From Candidatus Buchananbacteria bacterium (GTDB lineage: Bacteria; Patescibacteriota; Patescibacteriia; 2-01-FULL-39-33; JBAYJR01), in the NCBI GenBank assembly GCA_041665005.1, contig JBAYJR010000002.1:25120-89119 (forward strand): a DNA stretch of 64,000 bases, written 5' to 3'. The translations under genes and the position numbers were made by a program. The notes under the pieces were generated by a model. It was not told where the DNA came from. It did no database searches and saw only the letters and a program-made list of their open reading frames with translations. Each line of letters starts with the position of its first letter. Position 1 is the first letter of the stretch. This document shows positions 9,041 to 16,988 of the stretch, one piece after another.

Positions 9041-9072
9041 AATAATAGCTAAGTTATATCTAATTTATAACT

Positions 9073-9177
9073 ATGAAAAAAATTAAGAAAAAGAGTTTGA
9101 CTCAGGGGACTGTTGAATTAGTAAAATTGGCATGGATTAAAGGTAAAAAGTTCAAACAGTCAATGGTTTGCAATTAA
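9073..9177 (+). CDS. 34-aa Lys-rich peptide MKKIKKKSLTQGTVELVKLAWIKGKKFKQSMVCN; candidate RiPP precursor
   Basis: Short ORF with its own promoter and a perfect terminator hairpin, directly upstream of the methyltransferase/radical-SAM operon. There is no obvious SD sequence, which lowers confidence. Confidence 0.4.
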   Translation: MKKIKKKSLTQGTVELVKLAWIKGKKFKQSMVCN

Positions 9178-9180
9178 AAT

Positions 9181-9213
9181 AAAAAAAGGCTTATTTAATT
9201 TAAGCCTTTTTTT
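9181..9213 (+). terminator. rho-independent terminator/attenuator after the peptide ORF
   Basis: aggctta-tttaatt-taagcct followed by T7. Confidence 0.7.
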
Positions 9214-9219
9214 GCTCCT

Positions 9220-10131
9220 ATGAAAGAACAAAAAGAGATAAGTTTTTTTGAATATTTTGGTGTAGCCAAAAAATATATTGGTAATATTACCTTGGTTTTT
9301 GAGTTTTTAAAAAATCAGGAGGGGATAGGCTATAATATTTTTAAAAAGGGCAAGCTTATAAGGTATTTATCATCTCATTATTTAGTTAGAGATAGAAAAA
9401 AGTTAAAAAATAACAAAACTTGGCTGTGCTACAAAAAAGATTTTAATAAAAAAATTGTTGTTGGGTATCAAGGCTTATGGTTTTTTTGTCGAGAGACAGT
9501 TTGGAGCCCATCGGTTGACGCTGTTTTTATGATTGATGCAATTAATAAATACAAGAGCCTTAGTATAAATAATTTTTCTTCTATATTGGATTATGGTTGC
9601 GGTTCGGGTGTTGTTGGTATATCGTTGGCTAAAAAAAGTAAAAAGGTAAAAGAATTGAGCTTGGTGGATGTTAACGATTCGGCATTGTTCTGCTCTTTAA
9701 TAAATTGTATCGGTAATAATTTAAAAGTAAATTTTAATATAGCCAACCATTTAAATAAAAAGAGATATGATCTCGGTTTGGTTACGCCTTATTATTTTCC
9801 CATTGAAAAGCGTGACTATTTAGATTCTAGGCAGGCCATGCAGGCCATTGTAAAAGCCGGCAAGGACTCCGCCATAATGATTAATGATTTAAGCAAGATT
9901 TGCAGTGAGGTATTTTTTGTTTATTCGTCTATAACAGAAAAAGTTTTTAGAGAAGAGCTAAGTGTTAAATATAAAGATGTTTGTTATATGGATGTACCTT
10001 TTTCTTTAGGTGATAATGTCAGTAGTAACTCGTTGGTCGGAGCCGCCGCTGAAAATAATTTGTTAATTTTTAAAAAGGATTCTCAATTTAAATTTTGGCA
10101 TAGAATATATATGGCTAAAATTATTAGTTAA
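9220..10131 (+). CDS. class I SAM-dependent methyltransferase (methyltransferase small domain, PrmC/RsmC-like)
   Basis: LDYGCGSGVVG glycine-rich SAM motif I, followed by an acidic LVDVND motif II. Confidence 0.7.
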   Translation: MKEQKEISFFEYFGVAKKYIGNITLVFEFLKNQEGIGYNIFKKGKLIRYLSSHYLVRDRKKLKNNKTWLCYKKDFNKKIVVGYQGLWFFCRETVWSPSVDAVFMIDAINKYKSLSINNFSSILDYGCGSGVVGISLAKKSKKVKELSLVDVNDSALFCSLINCIGNNLKVNFNIANHLNKKRYDLGLVTPYYFPIEKRDYLDSRQAMQAIVKAGKDSAIMINDLSKICSEVFFVYSSITEKVFREELSVKYKDVCYMDVPFSLGDNVSSNSLVGAAAENNLLIFKKDSQFKFWHRIYMAKIIS

Positions 10132-10134
10132 TAT

Positions 10135-11457
10135 ATGAAAGAATCTATTATTTGCAAAGAAATTGTTCCGGGGTATTTAGTTGTTTATAATAAAAAAACT
10201 AACGAAACATTCCTAACTAAGTCGTTAGAAGTTAAAAATTTTTCTCAAAAAGATTGGGATATCTTTTTTAATAAACAACCAAAAAAAACGGCAAAGAAAT
10301 TCGACGCCCGATCTTTTTTTACAACGGTCGTTCTTAATACTACAGAATCATGTAATCTAAGATGTCGTTATTGTTCAAGATATAAAGAACAGTATAAAAA
10401 AGAAAAGACAATGCCCGATGTTATTATGTTTTTGGGTGTTGAAAGGGCTATCGAGCACGCTAAGTTGATCAAGGAAAGGGTTGTTGTGCAATTTCACGGT
10501 GGTGAACCTTTATTGTTTTTTACAAAAATTAAGTCTGTTTTAGAGAGTTTTTCTAAAAAAGATTTAAAAAAGATAGATTTAAGAATACAAACAAACGGAA
10601 CTTTAATTACGGATGATATTTTAAAATTTTGTCTTCTTTATAATATTCATTTAGGTATTTCGGTAGATGGGCCGCCGGAGATAAATGGCATTAATCGTCG
10701 ATTTGCAGACGGAACTCCAATTTCCGAAGTTTTAGATAAAAAATTAAAACAGGTTAGAAAGTATTTACCAAATAATCACATAAGTTGTTTGGCTGTTTTA
10801 ACTCAAGCAAACGTTAATAACGCCAAAAAAGTTTTGGATTATATTTATAAAAATAAAATTAATGATGTCTCTATTTTACCAATTTATCCAGATTTTACCA
10901 ATTGTTTAAATACCTCGGATCACATAATTCCGAGAACAGAAAAAATGGTTGAATTTTCTAAATTGATTTTTGATTTATGGTTAGAAAGATTAAGAAAGGG
11001 GCAGTTTGTTTCTATACCAAATTTTCAAATTTGGTTTTGGAACTTTTTAGGCATTAATGCTAATTATATAACTAACAATACTTCTTGTGGTGTTGGACAA
11101 AGTATGATTTTTATAAATACTGATGGGGAAATTTATCCCTGTGGGCCGTTCTCCTATGAAAACAAAATGTCTTTCGGAAATATAAGAAAAATTAATTTGA
11201 TTGATATAAAGAAAAAAAAGGTATTTAAGATGTTTAATAAAAGGAGTACTAAAAATGTTGATGATTGTCGAGATTGCGCTCTACAGAGTATCTGTATGGG
11301 TGGGTGCCCAGCTAATAGTTACCTCAAAGAGAAGTCAATTTATAAGAAAGATCCATTTTGTGAATATTGGCAGGGGATAATTGAATATATTGTTAAAAAT
11401 ATCATAGACGATCCTGATATTTGTAATTTAATTCCAGATTTTTCAATTCGTTTGTAG
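10135..11457 (+). CDS. radical SAM enzyme with a C-terminal SPASM domain (peptide-modifying/anSME-like maturase)
   Basis: CNLRCRYC (CxxxCxxC) radical-SAM cluster motif, and a C-terminal CRDCALQSICMGGCP (Cx2Cx5Cx3C) SPASM motif. Confidence 0.85.
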   Translation: MKESIICKEIVPGYLVVYNKKTNETFLTKSLEVKNFSQKDWDIFFNKQPKKTAKKFDARSFFTTVVLNTTESCNLRCRYCSRYKEQYKKEKTMPDVIMFLGVERAIEHAKLIKERVVVQFHGGEPLLFFTKIKSVLESFSKKDLKKIDLRIQTNGTLITDDILKFCLLYNIHLGISVDGPPEINGINRRFADGTPISEVLDKKLKQVRKYLPNNHISCLAVLTQANVNNAKKVLDYIYKNKINDVSILPIYPDFTNCLNTSDHIIPRTEKMVEFSKLIFDLWLERLRKGQFVSIPNFQIWFWNFLGINANYITNNTSCGVGQSMIFINTDGEIYPCGPFSYENKMSFGNIRKINLIDIKKKKVFKMFNKRSTKNVDDCRDCALQSICMGGCPANSYLKEKSIYKKDPFCEYWQGIIEYIVKNIIDDPDICNLIPDFSIRL

Positions 11458-11461
11458 TTTT

Positions 11462-12490
11462 ATGAAAAATATAAACTCCACCAATCTTTCTGGTAAAACA
11501 GAAATTGATCTATTATTGACTACTAGGTGTAATTTGGCTTGCAAACACTGTTTGTATGTTGATCATAAAAAGTTTGTTGATTTAGATGATAAAATATTGA
11601 AGATTATTTTAGATAAACTGCCAGTAAACGGCTCAGAAGTTCATTTGTTAGGCGGCGAACCGTTATGTCGCACCGATATTGTTAAAATTGTAGACAAGAT
11701 AAATAAAAAACAATTGAATCCCCAAATATTAACCAATGGCTTTGCTTTGACTGATAGTTTATTAAAAAAATTACACCAAGCTGGTTTGAAAAAAATTGGT
11801 TTTAGTCTTGATGGCACAAAAAGCGTCCATAATTTCATAAGGGGGAAAGGCGATGTTTTTCAACGGGTAATTAGGGCTATAAAAGCTATCAAAAAGTTAG
11901 GTTATATTCCCAAAATCAGTTCAGCGGTTCATCAGCACAATAAAGACAGTATTTTAAAATTAATTCCTTTTCTTGACAAACTGGGCGTGCAAAGAGTATT
12001 AATTGAACATTTTCTTCCGATTAACGGGGGAACACAATTGGCGGGAAAAAATTTAAATAAGAAAGAATGGCAAGCTTTTATTAAAGATATAAAAGTTTTA
12101 AAAAAAATAAATAAATTGTCCATTAGAGTTGCTGTCCAAAAAGTTTTTTATGATAAACAGGAGGCAAGAGATTTTTCTTGTGTTTGTAAAAACTTAAAAT
12201 ATCCAATTGTTGACTCTTCAGGAAATTATTATCCTTGCATAATTTATTACGCCGCCGGTTTTCCAGCTGGTAATTTAAATAAAGATACGTGGGAAAAAAT
12301 TCACTCAGTTAAGTCTATTAGTAGTTACATAAAAAAAGTTAATAAAATAACGGGCCATGTAAAAGTTAACAAAATTAAGGTTTTGTGCCCGGCAATTAAA
12401 TTATTGGTGGTAAGAAAAGAATTGGATTTATCGAGTATATCAAATGTCAAAGGAACTATTGGTTGTTTTCACAAAGTAGAGTTGTTATGA
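11462..12490 (+). CDS. radical SAM enzyme (second, shorter; partial twitch/SPASM-like C-terminus)
   Basis: CNLACKHC CxxxCxxC motif near the N-terminus, LLGGEP glycine motif, and a C-terminal CVC...PC cysteine set. Confidence 0.8.
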   Translation: MKNINSTNLSGKTEIDLLLTTRCNLACKHCLYVDHKKFVDLDDKILKIILDKLPVNGSEVHLLGGEPLCRTDIVKIVDKINKKQLNPQILTNGFALTDSLLKKLHQAGLKKIGFSLDGTKSVHNFIRGKGDVFQRVIRAIKAIKKLGYIPKISSAVHQHNKDSILKLIPFLDKLGVQRVLIEHFLPINGGTQLAGKNLNKKEWQAFIKDIKVLKKINKLSIRVAVQKVFYDKQEARDFSCVCKNLKYPIVDSSGNYYPCIIYYAAGFPAGNLNKDTWEKIHSVKSISSYIKKVNKITGHVKVNKIKVLCPAIKLLVVRKELDLSSISNVKGTIGCFHKVELL

Positions 12491-13206
12491 AAGCCAGTAT
12501 AAAATATTATCAATATTCAAAATCAAGTTGGGGTAAAAGGAGGGGGGCGCTTATTTTTAGGCAGATTAAAAATTTACAATCAGAAAAAATTTTGAAATTA
12601 GATAATTTAAATATTATAGAACTTGGTTGTGGCGTTTGTACTGTCTCAAAAAAGTTTATTACAAAAAATAATAAAATTATCGCCGTTGATAAGAATTTGG
12701 AAATGTTGGTGTTAGTTAAAAATAGCCGGATTAATTTGGTAAACTATGATGTTTTGGATTTTTTAAAGAAAAACAAAAAAAAGTTTGATTTGATTATTTG
12801 TAATAATATTATTGAATATATAACTGATAAAGAAAGGTTTATGGGCTTATTGAATAAGGCAGTTAAAAAGAATTCTATTCTTTCATTGGTAGTTATTAAT
12901 TTAAATTATGAAGTTCTAAAAAGATTTAGGAATAATGAGTGGCGAGCTGGGATTTCATTGTTAAGAACAAGAAAATATTATAGTAATAATTTTAAATGCT
13001 CCTTTAATTTAAAGAGTATAGAAGAGTGGAAGATATTTTTAAATAGATTTGGATGGAAGATCGTTAATTGGCACGGGGTCGGCTTGATTGATAGCGATCT
13101 ATACAAAGATTCACATAAAGGAATGGACTATGAGCTAGAGTTATTAAAAAAATCACCTTATCGTGATCAAGCGGTTTTAACCCATTTTGTGTGTAAGATT
13201 ATGTAA
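12487..13206 (+). CDS. class I SAM-dependent methyltransferase
   Basis: IIELGCGVCTVS motif I and ADKNLEML motif II. The ATGA start overlaps the stop of the upstream radical-SAM gene. The ORF track begins at 12463 but the ATG at 12487 is the likelier start. Confidence 0.75.
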   Translation: MKASIKYYQYSKSSWGKRRGALIFRQIKNLQSEKILKLDNLNIIELGCGVCTVSKKFITKNNKIIAVDKNLEMLVLVKNSRINLVNYDVLDFLKKNKKKFDLIICNNIIEYITDKERFMGLLNKAVKKNSILSLVVINLNYEVLKRFRNNEWRAGISLLRTRKYYSNNFKCSFNLKSIEEWKIFLNRFGWKIVNWHGVGLIDSDLYKDSHKGMDYELELLKKSPYRDQAVLTHFVCKIM

Positions 13207-13234
13207 AATGATAAATTTTATTGGTAAAAGTTTG

Positions 13235-13286
13235 TCAAGCCCGCTACGCCGGGGGCTTAGTTGATCAGAAAAAATAATTTTTTATG
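13235..13286 (+). repeat. 52-bp repeat, copy 2 (copy 1 at 7189..7240), 50/52 identical
   Basis: tcaagcccgctacgccgg(c/g)ggcttagttga(c/t)cagaaaaaataattttttatg. Both copies end in the start codon of an HD-domain gene. Confidence 0.85.
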
Positions 13287-13841
13287 GATTTAATTCAAGA
13301 GGTAAAAAACTTTGTAGAAAGCGAATCTTTAAAAGCCGATAGTAAATATGGGGCGGAGCCTTTTTATTATCATTTTACTTCGGTGGTTGAATATGCCAAG
13401 CGGCTAGCAGTAGAATTAGGAGGCGATGAAGAAGTAGTAACTATTGCCGGTTGGTTGCACGATATTGGTTCAATTATGCATGGTCGGGCTGATCACCATT
13501 TAACCGGCGCTAAAATTGCCGAAGAAAAATTAAAGGCCTGGGGTTATCCGGCCGAAAAAATCGCTTTGGTTAAAAAATGTATCTTAAATCATCGAGGCTC
13601 GCAACAAAATGATCGTCATAGCTTGGAAGAACAAATTGTGGCCGAAGCCGATACGATGAGTAATTTTGATAATCTGGCCGGTCTGTTTAAAGCCGCTTTG
13701 GTTTATGAAAATTTAAATCAAGGCGAAGCCAAAGATTCAGTTAGACAAAAATTGGAACGCAAATATAAAAAACTTCATTTTGCTAAATCTCAAGAATTAA
13801 TTAAGCCAAAATTTGAGGCCGCGATGTTATTGTTAAAGTAG
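13284..13841 (+). CDS. HD-domain phosphohydrolase (paralogue of 7238..7741)
   Basis: WLHDIGS...HH...NHRG HD motifs. Confidence 0.8.
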   Translation: MDLIQEVKNFVESESLKADSKYGAEPFYYHFTSVVEYAKRLAVELGGDEEVVTIAGWLHDIGSIMHGRADHHLTGAKIAEEKLKAWGYPAEKIALVKKCILNHRGSQQNDRHSLEEQIVAEADTMSNFDNLAGLFKAALVYENLNQGEAKDSVRQKLERKYKKLHFAKSQELIKPKFEAAMLLLK

Positions 13842-13854
13842 TAAAATTGTTAGT

Positions 13855-14514
13855 ATGAAATTATTACTTACTTCTAATGGATTAACCAATCAATCAATTG
13901 TTAAGGCCTTGTTTGAGTTAGTTAATAAAAAACCAGAAGACACCTCATTAATTTTTATTCCTACGGCTTCAAATGTGGAAGTAGGGGACAAAAGTTGGGT
14001 GACTGATGATTTAGAAAATTTAAACCAGCAAAACTTTAAGTCAATTGAGTCTGTCGACATTTCGGCGGTTGAAGAAAAGATTTGGCGACCAAAACTGGCA
14101 GCGGCTGATGTATTATTTTTTGAAGGAGGTAACTCTTTTCATTTAATGACTTGGATTAATAAATCTGGCTTAGCTTTGCTTTTACCGGAATTATTAAAAA
14201 ATAAAGTTTATGTTGGCTTGAGCGCCGGTAGTATGGTTGCTTGCAAGGATTTAACTTTGCAGATTAATCAGAATATTTATGAGGAAGATTTGGATAAAAC
14301 CCAGAATCTGCCCGGCCTTAATTTAGTGGATTTTTATTTTTTACCTCATCTAAACTCACCGTATTTTAAAAAAGCGCGAGAAAATTTTATTAAAGAAACT
14401 ATTAAAGAATCTCCCAAAACATTTTATGCGCTAGATGATAACTCAGCCTTAAAAATTGTTGATGGAAAAGTGGAAGTGATTAGCGAAGGGGAATGGTTTG
14501 GAGTGAATAATTAA
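13855..14514 (+). CDS. peptidase S51 family (dipeptidase E-like, type-1 glutamine-amidotransferase fold)
   Basis: MKLLLTSNG...FEGGNSFHLM...YVGLSAGSM matches the PepE catalytic Ser region. Confidence 0.75.
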   Translation: MKLLLTSNGLTNQSIVKALFELVNKKPEDTSLIFIPTASNVEVGDKSWVTDDLENLNQQNFKSIESVDISAVEEKIWRPKLAAADVLFFEGGNSFHLMTWINKSGLALLLPELLKNKVYVGLSAGSMVACKDLTLQINQNIYEEDLDKTQNLPGLNLVDFYFLPHLNSPYFKKARENFIKETIKESPKTFYALDDNSALKIVDGKVEVISEGEWFGVNN

Positions 14515-14562
14515 ACCACTGCCTATAAAAAAATAATTTAGCAGGCGGTTTTAGTAAGTAAT

Positions 14563-15033
14563 ATGCAAAAGATAACTATTTTAGCCATCGGTAAAATTAA
14601 AACTGATTATTTTGCGCAAGCCGCGGCGGAATATCTTAAGCGACTCAAATCTTTTGTGAAGGTTGAAATTAGGGAATTGCCGGCTTTGAGTTTTTCTTCT
14701 GCTAATCAGGTAAAAGTTAAAAAGGAGGAGGGGAGAAAGTTACAAGAGGAATTAGCTAGGCAAAAAGGTTGTCGGATAGTAATTTTAGATGAACATGGTA
14801 AACAATTTACTTCGCCTGATTTTTCGCAATTTATTTTTGCAAATACCCAACCGCTGGTCCTGGTAATTGGCGGTTCATTGGGTTTAACTGAAGAATTATT
14901 TAAGGCCTTCCCACAAGCCATTAAACTATCTTTAGCGGCTATGACTTTACCACACGAGTTAGCGCGCGTGGTTTTATTAGAACAACTCTATCGCGCGGTG
15001 ACGATTGCTAAAAAAATGACTTATCATTATTAA
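14563..15033 (+). CDS. rlmH: 23S rRNA (pseudouridine1915-N3)-methyltransferase
   Basis: About 155 aa, SPOUT fold, with LDEHGKQFTS, VIGGSLGL and LPHELARVVL motifs. Confidence 0.9.
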   Translation: MQKITILAIGKIKTDYFAQAAAEYLKRLKSFVKVEIRELPALSFSSANQVKVKKEEGRKLQEELARQKGCRIVILDEHGKQFTSPDFSQFIFANTQPLVLVIGGSLGLTEELFKAFPQAIKLSLAAMTLPHELARVVLLEQLYRAVTIAKKMTYHY

Positions 15034-15082
15034 TTTTGTTGGTCATAAAAAAGAACGCCAGACTATTTTTATAGTTTGGCGT

Positions 15083-15403
15083 TTAGTTATTGGTTTGGCG
15101 AATAAGGCCAAATTCTTCTTGCAACACTTTTTCGGCGCTGGTTTGTTTGCTGTAAGCGTGTTCATCAACAAACCAGTTTTTTAAATTAGTTTTGGCGGCT
15201 TTGCGGTGGGCTAAAATTTTTAATTCTTGGCCGGTATAAATATCAAAATCAGTTTCGGCTGATTCCGGCAGACCTTTGGCAATAATATAGTATTGTTCTG
15301 GCACCAAAGTATTTTTGACTTGATACCATTTTTCGCCATTAACTCGCCAAGCGCCGATTAAATTAGAAAATTTGTGGTGCTTAAATTCAATATTTATAAT
15401 CAT
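15083..15403 (-). CDS. hypothetical protein (106 aa)
   Basis: Minus-strand ORF with RBS aaggagg 6 nt upstream. Confidence 0.55.
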   Translation of the reverse strand: MIINIEFKHHKFSNLIGAWRVNGEKWYQVKNTLVPEQYYIIAKGLPESAETDFDIYTGQELKILAHRKAAKTNLKNWFVDEHAYSKQTSAEKVLQEEFGLIRQTNN

Positions 15404-15762
15404 TCTTTCCTCCTTTGTTTGAAATAAAAAGAACCATCCTTAAAGATGACTCTTAATAAAACGCAATTAGGGTCGGATTAGCCGACTGTTTTTGGGGTCT
15501 AAATTATATTGCTGCCTGCTACTGGCCATAACCCAATATTTTGGGATTGCTAAATTCATATTATGTAAAATATTATAGCAGGTTTAAAGGGTAAAATACA
15601 GCTTTGATGTCAAGTGAATAGGCTAAAAATGGTTAAATTAACAGTCAATTGGGCCAAAATAAATTAAGGTAGTATTGGCTTAATAGGGGAGTGAGTTGTT
15701 AATTTTATTATATGCCAACTTACTGACCCGCTGACTCGTTTATTTTCTGATTTGTTTGTTTA

Positions 15763-15791
15763 TTGACAAGCTGTTTGTAATTTTGTATAAT
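15763..15791 (+). promoter_or_regulatory. perfect consensus sigma70 promoter TTGACA-N17-TATAAT
   Basis: ttgaca at 15763..15768 and tataat at 15786..15791, 30 nt upstream of the Rrf2 regulator ATG. Confidence 0.7.
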
Positions 15792-15810
15792 TCCTACTAG
15801 ATAAGTAGGA
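15792..15810 (+). promoter_or_regulatory. perfect 7-bp inverted repeat TCCTACT-agata-AGTAGGA; candidate operator (Rrf2/IscR autoregulation)
   Basis: The palindrome lies between the -10 element and the start codon of the Rrf2-family gene that heads the suf operon. Confidence 0.5.
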
Positions 15811-15820
15811 TATTAAATTT

Positions 15821-16234
15821 ATGTTATTTTGGCAAAAAATCCCAGCGCGGGAACATTATTTATTAAGATTATTAACTCACCTGGTAAAAACTTACCAAAC
15901 CCAGGTGCCGGTTTCAATTGCCGATATTAGTGCCCAGGAAAAAATCTCGGTTAAGTATTTAGAAAAATTAGTGGCGCCGTTAAAAAAAGCGGGCTGGGTT
16001 AAATCAGTGCGCGGTCGGGATGGTGGTTATTTGTTAGCGGTTAATCCTAACAAACTATCATTGCAAGATGTGGCGCTAGCAATTAATCGCCGGCCCAAGT
16101 TATTAGTTTGTTTACATAATCAGTCGGGTTGTATTTTGGCTTCCCATTGTCCATCCAAAGGAGCCTGGGAACAGCTCTTAAATTCTTGGAATAAAACTTT
16201 GAGTACTTATAAATTATCAAAATTAATAAAATAA
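15821..16234 (+). CDS. Rrf2 family transcriptional regulator (IscR/SufR-like)
   Basis: N-terminal winged helix-turn-helix LRLLTHL...ISVKYLEKL...GGYLLA. Its position ahead of sufCBDSU fits the regulator role. Confidence 0.8.
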   Translation: MLFWQKIPAREHYLLRLLTHLVKTYQTQVPVSIADISAQEKISVKYLEKLVAPLKKAGWVKSVRGRDGGYLLAVNPNKLSLQDVALAINRRPKLLVCLHNQSGCILASHCPSKGAWEQLLNSWNKTLSTYKLSKLIK

Positions 16235-16235
16235 T

Positions 16236-16979
16236 ATGAGCAATAGCTTGATCGTAAAAAATCTGACGGTTAGCTTGGGTCAGAAAAAAATCTTGTCAGA
16301 AATTAATTTAACGGTAGCGGCCGGTAAAATTGTAGTCTTAATGGGTCTTAATGGTTCAGGCAAGTCTACTTTAGCCAAGGCCATTTCTGGGCATCCGGAT
16401 TATCAAATTAATCGCGGTCAAATAATTTTTAATCAAAAAGATTTTACCAAACAACCCAGTTGGCAACGTAGTCGGGCGGGCTTATTCGGGTCTTGGCAAA
16501 ATCCGCTAGAAATAGCCGGACTTAATTTTTATCAATTTTTGTTAACAATTTTTTCAGCTAGTTGTGGCCATAATCAAGCCACTTTGTTTGAGCAACGATT
16601 GCAACAAGGTCTAAAAAATCTAAAACTAAAAGCTGAATTTTTAGAGCGTGATTTAAATGTGGGTTTTTCTGGCGGGGAAAAAAAGAAAGCGGAAATTTTG
16701 CAATTATACATTTTACAACCGCAAATTGCCGTCTTAGACGAAATTGATTCGGGTTTAGATATTGATGCCTTGCATTTGATTGCTAAAAATATTAAGCAAT
16801 TGGCCAAGCAAGGAGTTGGCTTTTTGTTAATTACTCATTATGCGCGATTGTTAAGCTATCTAAAAGTAAAAGAAGTTAAAGTAATGATTAGTGGTAAAAT
16901 TGTTAAAAGTGGTGGGATGGCCTTGGTGCGACAATTAGAAAAACAGGGTTATCAAAAAATTAGCAGTCAATCAAAATAG
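16236..16979 (+). CDS. sufC: Fe-S cluster assembly ATPase SufC
   Basis: Walker A LNGSGKST, ABC signature FSGGEKK, Walker B ILDEIDSGLD. Confidence 0.95.
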   Translation: MSNSLIVKNLTVSLGQKKILSEINLTVAAGKIVVLMGLNGSGKSTLAKAISGHPDYQINRGQIIFNQKDFTKQPSWQRSRAGLFGSWQNPLEIAGLNFYQFLLTIFSASCGHNQATLFEQRLQQGLKNLKLKAEFLERDLNVGFSGGEKKKAEILQLYILQPQIAVLDEIDSGLDIDALHLIAKNIKQLAKQGVGFLLITHYARLLSYLKVKEVKVMISGKIVKSGGMALVRQLEKQGYQKISSQSK

Positions 16980-16988
16980 TTTTATTTT

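Noticed and set aside
11641-12123. Short minus-strand ORFs (11641..11838, 11932..12123) inside the second radical-SAM gene
   Set aside because: AT-rich antisense frames within a gene that has clear radical-SAM motifs. No start signals.
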